A DNA stretch of 64,000 bases, taken from contig JAUNRQ010000003.1 in assembly GCA_030535605.1 (NCBI GenBank), forward strand, positions 26,875 through 90,874, read 5' to 3'. A program made the position numbers and the translations under genes. Origin of the DNA: Pseudoxanthomonas suwonensis (GTDB lineage Bacteria > Pseudomonadota > Gammaproteobacteria > Xanthomonadales > Xanthomonadaceae). Position 1 is the first letter of the stretch. Each line of letters starts with the position of its first letter. Shown here piece after piece: positions 61,418 to 64,000 of the stretch. The notes beneath the pieces are model-generated. The model did no database searches and was not told the DNA's origin. It was given only the letters and a program-made list of their open reading frames with translations.

Positions 61418-63595
61418 TCAGGCAGGGCTAAGCTTGGCGTAGGCCAGCACCAGCCACTTGCTGCCGGCGGCGTCGAAGTTCACCTGCACGCGGGCATGCG
61501 CGCCGCTGCCTTCGACGTCGGTGACCACGCCGCTGCCGAAGGTCGGATGCACCACCCCGGCGCCGAGGGCGATGGCCGGGGTTTCCAGCGGCGCATGGCC
61601 GTGGTCGCGAGGCGGCGTCGGCGCCCATTGCCGGCGCACGCCGGCCTTGGGCCGGACCTCGTGCAGCAGTGCGGCGGGGATCTCGCGCAGGAAACGCGAT
61701 GGAATGCCGTACATGTCCATGCCGTGGATGCGGCGGGATTCGGCATAGCTCAGCACCAGCTTCTGCCGTGCACGGGTGATGCCGACATAGGCCAGCCGGC
61801 GCTCTTCCTCCAGCCGGCCGGGTTCATCCACCGACTTCTGGTTCGGGAACAGCCCTTCCTCCAGCCCTGCCAGGAACACCAGCGGGAATTCCAGGCCCTT
61901 GGCGCTGTGCAAGGTCATCAACTGCACGCCATCCTCGTCGGCGCGGGCCTGGCCTTCGCCGGCTTCCAGTGCGGCATAGGCGAGGAACTCGACCAGCTCG
62001 CCCATGCCGGCGCTGTCTTCGTCCTCGCCACGCACGAAGCGGCTGGCGACGCTGACCAGTTCGTCCAGGTTCTCGACACGGGAATCCAGCTGGCCGCGCG
62101 ATTCGCGCTCGTAGTGCTCGCGCAGGCCGGAACGGGCCAGCACGTGGTCGATCTTGTCCTGCAGGCCGAGGCTGGCGATGTCGCCCTGGAGCGCGTCGAT
62201 CAGCGCAAGGAAGCCGGCGATGGCATTGCGTGCACGCGCGCTCAGGCCGCCATCACGCACCAGCCGCGTGGCCGCATCCCACAACGACAGCGCCTCGCTG
62301 CGCGCCAGCCGCCGCACTTCGTCCAGCGTGCGTTCGCCGATGCCGCGCGTGGGCGTGTTGACCGATCGTTCGAACGCGGCATCGTCCACGCGGCTGGCGA
62401 CCAGTCGCAGGTAGGCCAGCGTGTCCTTGATCTCCGCCCGCTCGAAGAAGCGCATGCCGCCGTACACCCGGTACGGCATCTGAGCGGCAATCAACGCCTC
62501 TTCGAATGCCCGCGACTGCGCGTTGCTGCGGTACAGGATGGCGCAGTCGCGCAGGCTGCCGCCCTCCCCCACCCATTGGCGGATGCGCTCGATGACGTAG
62601 TGGGCTTCGTCGATCTCGCTGTAGGCCGCGTAGAGGTCGATCGGCTCGCCCTCGCCGGCATCGGTCCACAGGTTCTTGCCCAGGCGTTCCGGATTGTGGG
62701 CGATCACCGCGTTGGCGGCACCGAGGATGTTGCCGCTGGACCGGTAGTTCTGCTCCAGCCGGATCGTCCGTGCCCCGTCGAAGTCGCGCAGGAACTGCTG
62801 CACGTTCTCCACCTTCGCGCCACGCCATCCGTAGATCGACTGGTCGTCGTCGCCGACCACGAACACCTGTCCTGTGTCGCCGGCCAGCAACCGCACGAAG
62901 CCGTACTGGATGGTGTTGGTGTCCTGGAATTCGTCGATCAGCAACTGGCCGAAGCGTTGCCGGTAGTGCGCCAGCAGCGCCGGGGTGTCACGCAGCAATT
63001 CGTGCGCACGCAACAGGATTTCGGCGAAGTCGACCAGCCCGGCACGGTCGCAGCGCTCCTGGTACAACGCATAGGCCTGGCGCATGGCGTTGCCCCATTC
63101 GTCGCCACGTTCGTCCTGCAGGTGCTGCGGGCGCCGGCCCTCGTCCTTCTGCGCGTTGATCCACCACGCGATCTGCCGCGGCGGGAAGCGTGCATCGTCC
63201 AGCTCCAGCTGCTGGCAGACACGCTTGACCAGCCGCAGCTGGTCGTCGGAATCCAGGATCTGGAAGCCTTCCGGAAGCTTCGCGTCCTGCCAATGCAGGC
63301 GCAGCAGGCGATGCGCCAGGCCATGGAACGTGCCGATCCACATGCCGCGCGTGCCGTACGGCAGCAGCGCCGCCGCACGCTGGCGCATCTCCGCCGCCGC
63401 CTTGTTGGTGAAGGTCACCGCGAAGATGCCGTGCGCGGGAACGCCGTGGACCTCGTGCAGCCAGGCGATGCGCTGGGTCAGCACCCGGGTCTTGCCCGAA
63501 CCGGCACCCGCCAGCACCAGGTAATGGCCCGGTGGCGCACTCACGGCCTCGCGCTGTGCGGCGTTGAGGCCGTCGAGCAAATGCGATACATCCAT
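61418..63595 (-). CDS. uvrD: DNA helicase II UvrD
   Basis: 725 aa from ATG 63595. MDVSHLLDGLNAAQREAVSAPPGHYLVLAGAGSGKTRVL aligns residue-for-residue with the E. coli UvrD N-terminus. The track ORF is over-extended by 124 codons. Confidence 0.95.
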   Translation of the reverse strand: MDVSHLLDGLNAAQREAVSAPPGHYLVLAGAGSGKTRVLTQRIAWLHEVHGVPAHGIFAVTFTNKAAAEMRQRAAALLPYGTRGMWIGTFHGLAHRLLRLHWQDAKLPEGFQILDSDDQLRLVKRVCQQLELDDARFPPRQIAWWINAQKDEGRRPQHLQDERGDEWGNAMRQAYALYQERCDRAGLVDFAEILLRAHELLRDTPALLAHYRQRFGQLLIDEFQDTNTIQYGFVRLLAGDTGQVFVVGDDDQSIYGWRGAKVENVQQFLRDFDGARTIRLEQNYRSSGNILGAANAVIAHNPERLGKNLWTDAGEGEPIDLYAAYSEIDEAHYVIERIRQWVGEGGSLRDCAILYRSNAQSRAFEEALIAAQMPYRVYGGMRFFERAEIKDTLAYLRLVASRVDDAAFERSVNTPTRGIGERTLDEVRRLARSEALSLWDAATRLVRDGGLSARARNAIAGFLALIDALQGDIASLGLQDKIDHVLARSGLREHYERESRGQLDSRVENLDELVSVASRFVRGEDEDSAGMGELVEFLAYAALEAGEGQARADEDGVQLMTLHSAKGLEFPLVFLAGLEEGLFPNQKSVDEPGRLEEERRLAYVGITRARQKLVLSYAESRRIHGMDMYGIPSRFLREIPAALLHEVRPKAGVRRQWAPTPPRDHGHAPLETPAIALGAGVVHPTFGSGVVTDVEGSGAHARVQVNFDAAGSKWLVLAYAKLSPA

Positions 63596-63614
63596 GTGCG
63601 CTAGTTTAGCGGGC

Positions 63615-64000
63615 ATGAAAGCCCAGACCGCGCGCGACACCAGCGACTGCCCGCCCCACGGCCACGACGGCCTGTGGACGCCGGATGGCGTGTCCCGGCC
63701 GAAGACGCCGTGGTGGAAAGTGATGTTGCAGTTCCTGCTCGGCGGGCTGGCGGGGTTCGGCATCGCCAAGCTGGCGCTGGGCGCGCTGCCAAGCCTGCCC
63801 GAGCTCGGGCATCCGCTGCTCGCATTCGGCGTCGCGGTGGCGGGACTGGTGCTGGGCACCTGGCTGCAGACGCTTCTGCATGAGCTGGGGCACGCCTTGG
63901 CGGGCCGCATGGCCGGCATGCGCCTGCTGGCGCTGGGCGTTGGTCCGTGGCGCGCGCAACGCGGCATCGACGGCCGCTGGCAGCGGCATCGCAGCCGCGG
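63615..64000 (+). CDS. Membrane zinc metalloprotease-like protein (HExxH, M50/site-2-like), 5-prime partial, runs off the window
   Basis: Read by hand. The frame is open from ATG 63615 to the window end with G/C-rich third positions. TM segments surround LLHELGHALAGR. It is absent from the ORF track because no stop falls in the window. Alternative ATG at 63723. Confidence 0.6.
   Translation, partial: MKAQTARDTSDCPPHGHDGLWTPDGVSRPKTPWWKVMLQFLLGGLAGFGIAKLALGALPSLPELGHPLLAFGVAVAGLVLGTWLQTLLHELGHALAGRMAGMRLLALGVGPWRAQRGIDGRWQRHRSR

Overview
Very GC-rich segment (by eye about 68-70% G+C, with strong G/C preference at codon position 3). Gene content and local synteny point to a Xanthomonadales/Lysobacterales gammaproteobacterium: rhlB-trxA-rho, tatABC, tamAB, glyQS, monomeric icd, a MaoC-Pta fusion with ackA, and polA followed by an sX13-like sRNA. 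I can support about 50 protein-coding genes, one small-RNA candidate, several intrinsic terminators and a few promoter- or operator-like sites. I saw no tRNA, rRNA, CRISPR array, transposase, integrase, phage or recognisable defence genes, so this reads as housekeeping chromosome rather than an accessory island. At this GC content stop codons are rare, so the ORF track is dominated by long antisense or out-of-frame ORFs and by ORFs over-extended at the N-terminus. I chose strand and frame from recognisable motifs. I trimmed each start to the first start codon consistent with homolog N-termini, signal peptides, an RBS or a stop/start overlap. All such starts are inferences. No clearly novel multi-gene system is evident. 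The most unusual items are: (i) a YcgL-domain ORF overlapping by 8 nt the start of a 1,126-aa membrane-anchored ankyrin-repeat protein, followed by an anchorless secreted protein with two TonB-C-like domains; (ii) Arg-rich low-complexity extensions on both Rho (N-terminal) and RhlB (C-terminal), which flank trxA; (iii) ftsEX running into a response regulator made of a pseudo-receiver plus a canonical receiver; (iv) a three-hairpin sRNA candidate with CCCC loops downstream of polA; (v) about 360 bp of unassigned non-coding DNA between rhlB and a TonB-dependent receptor.
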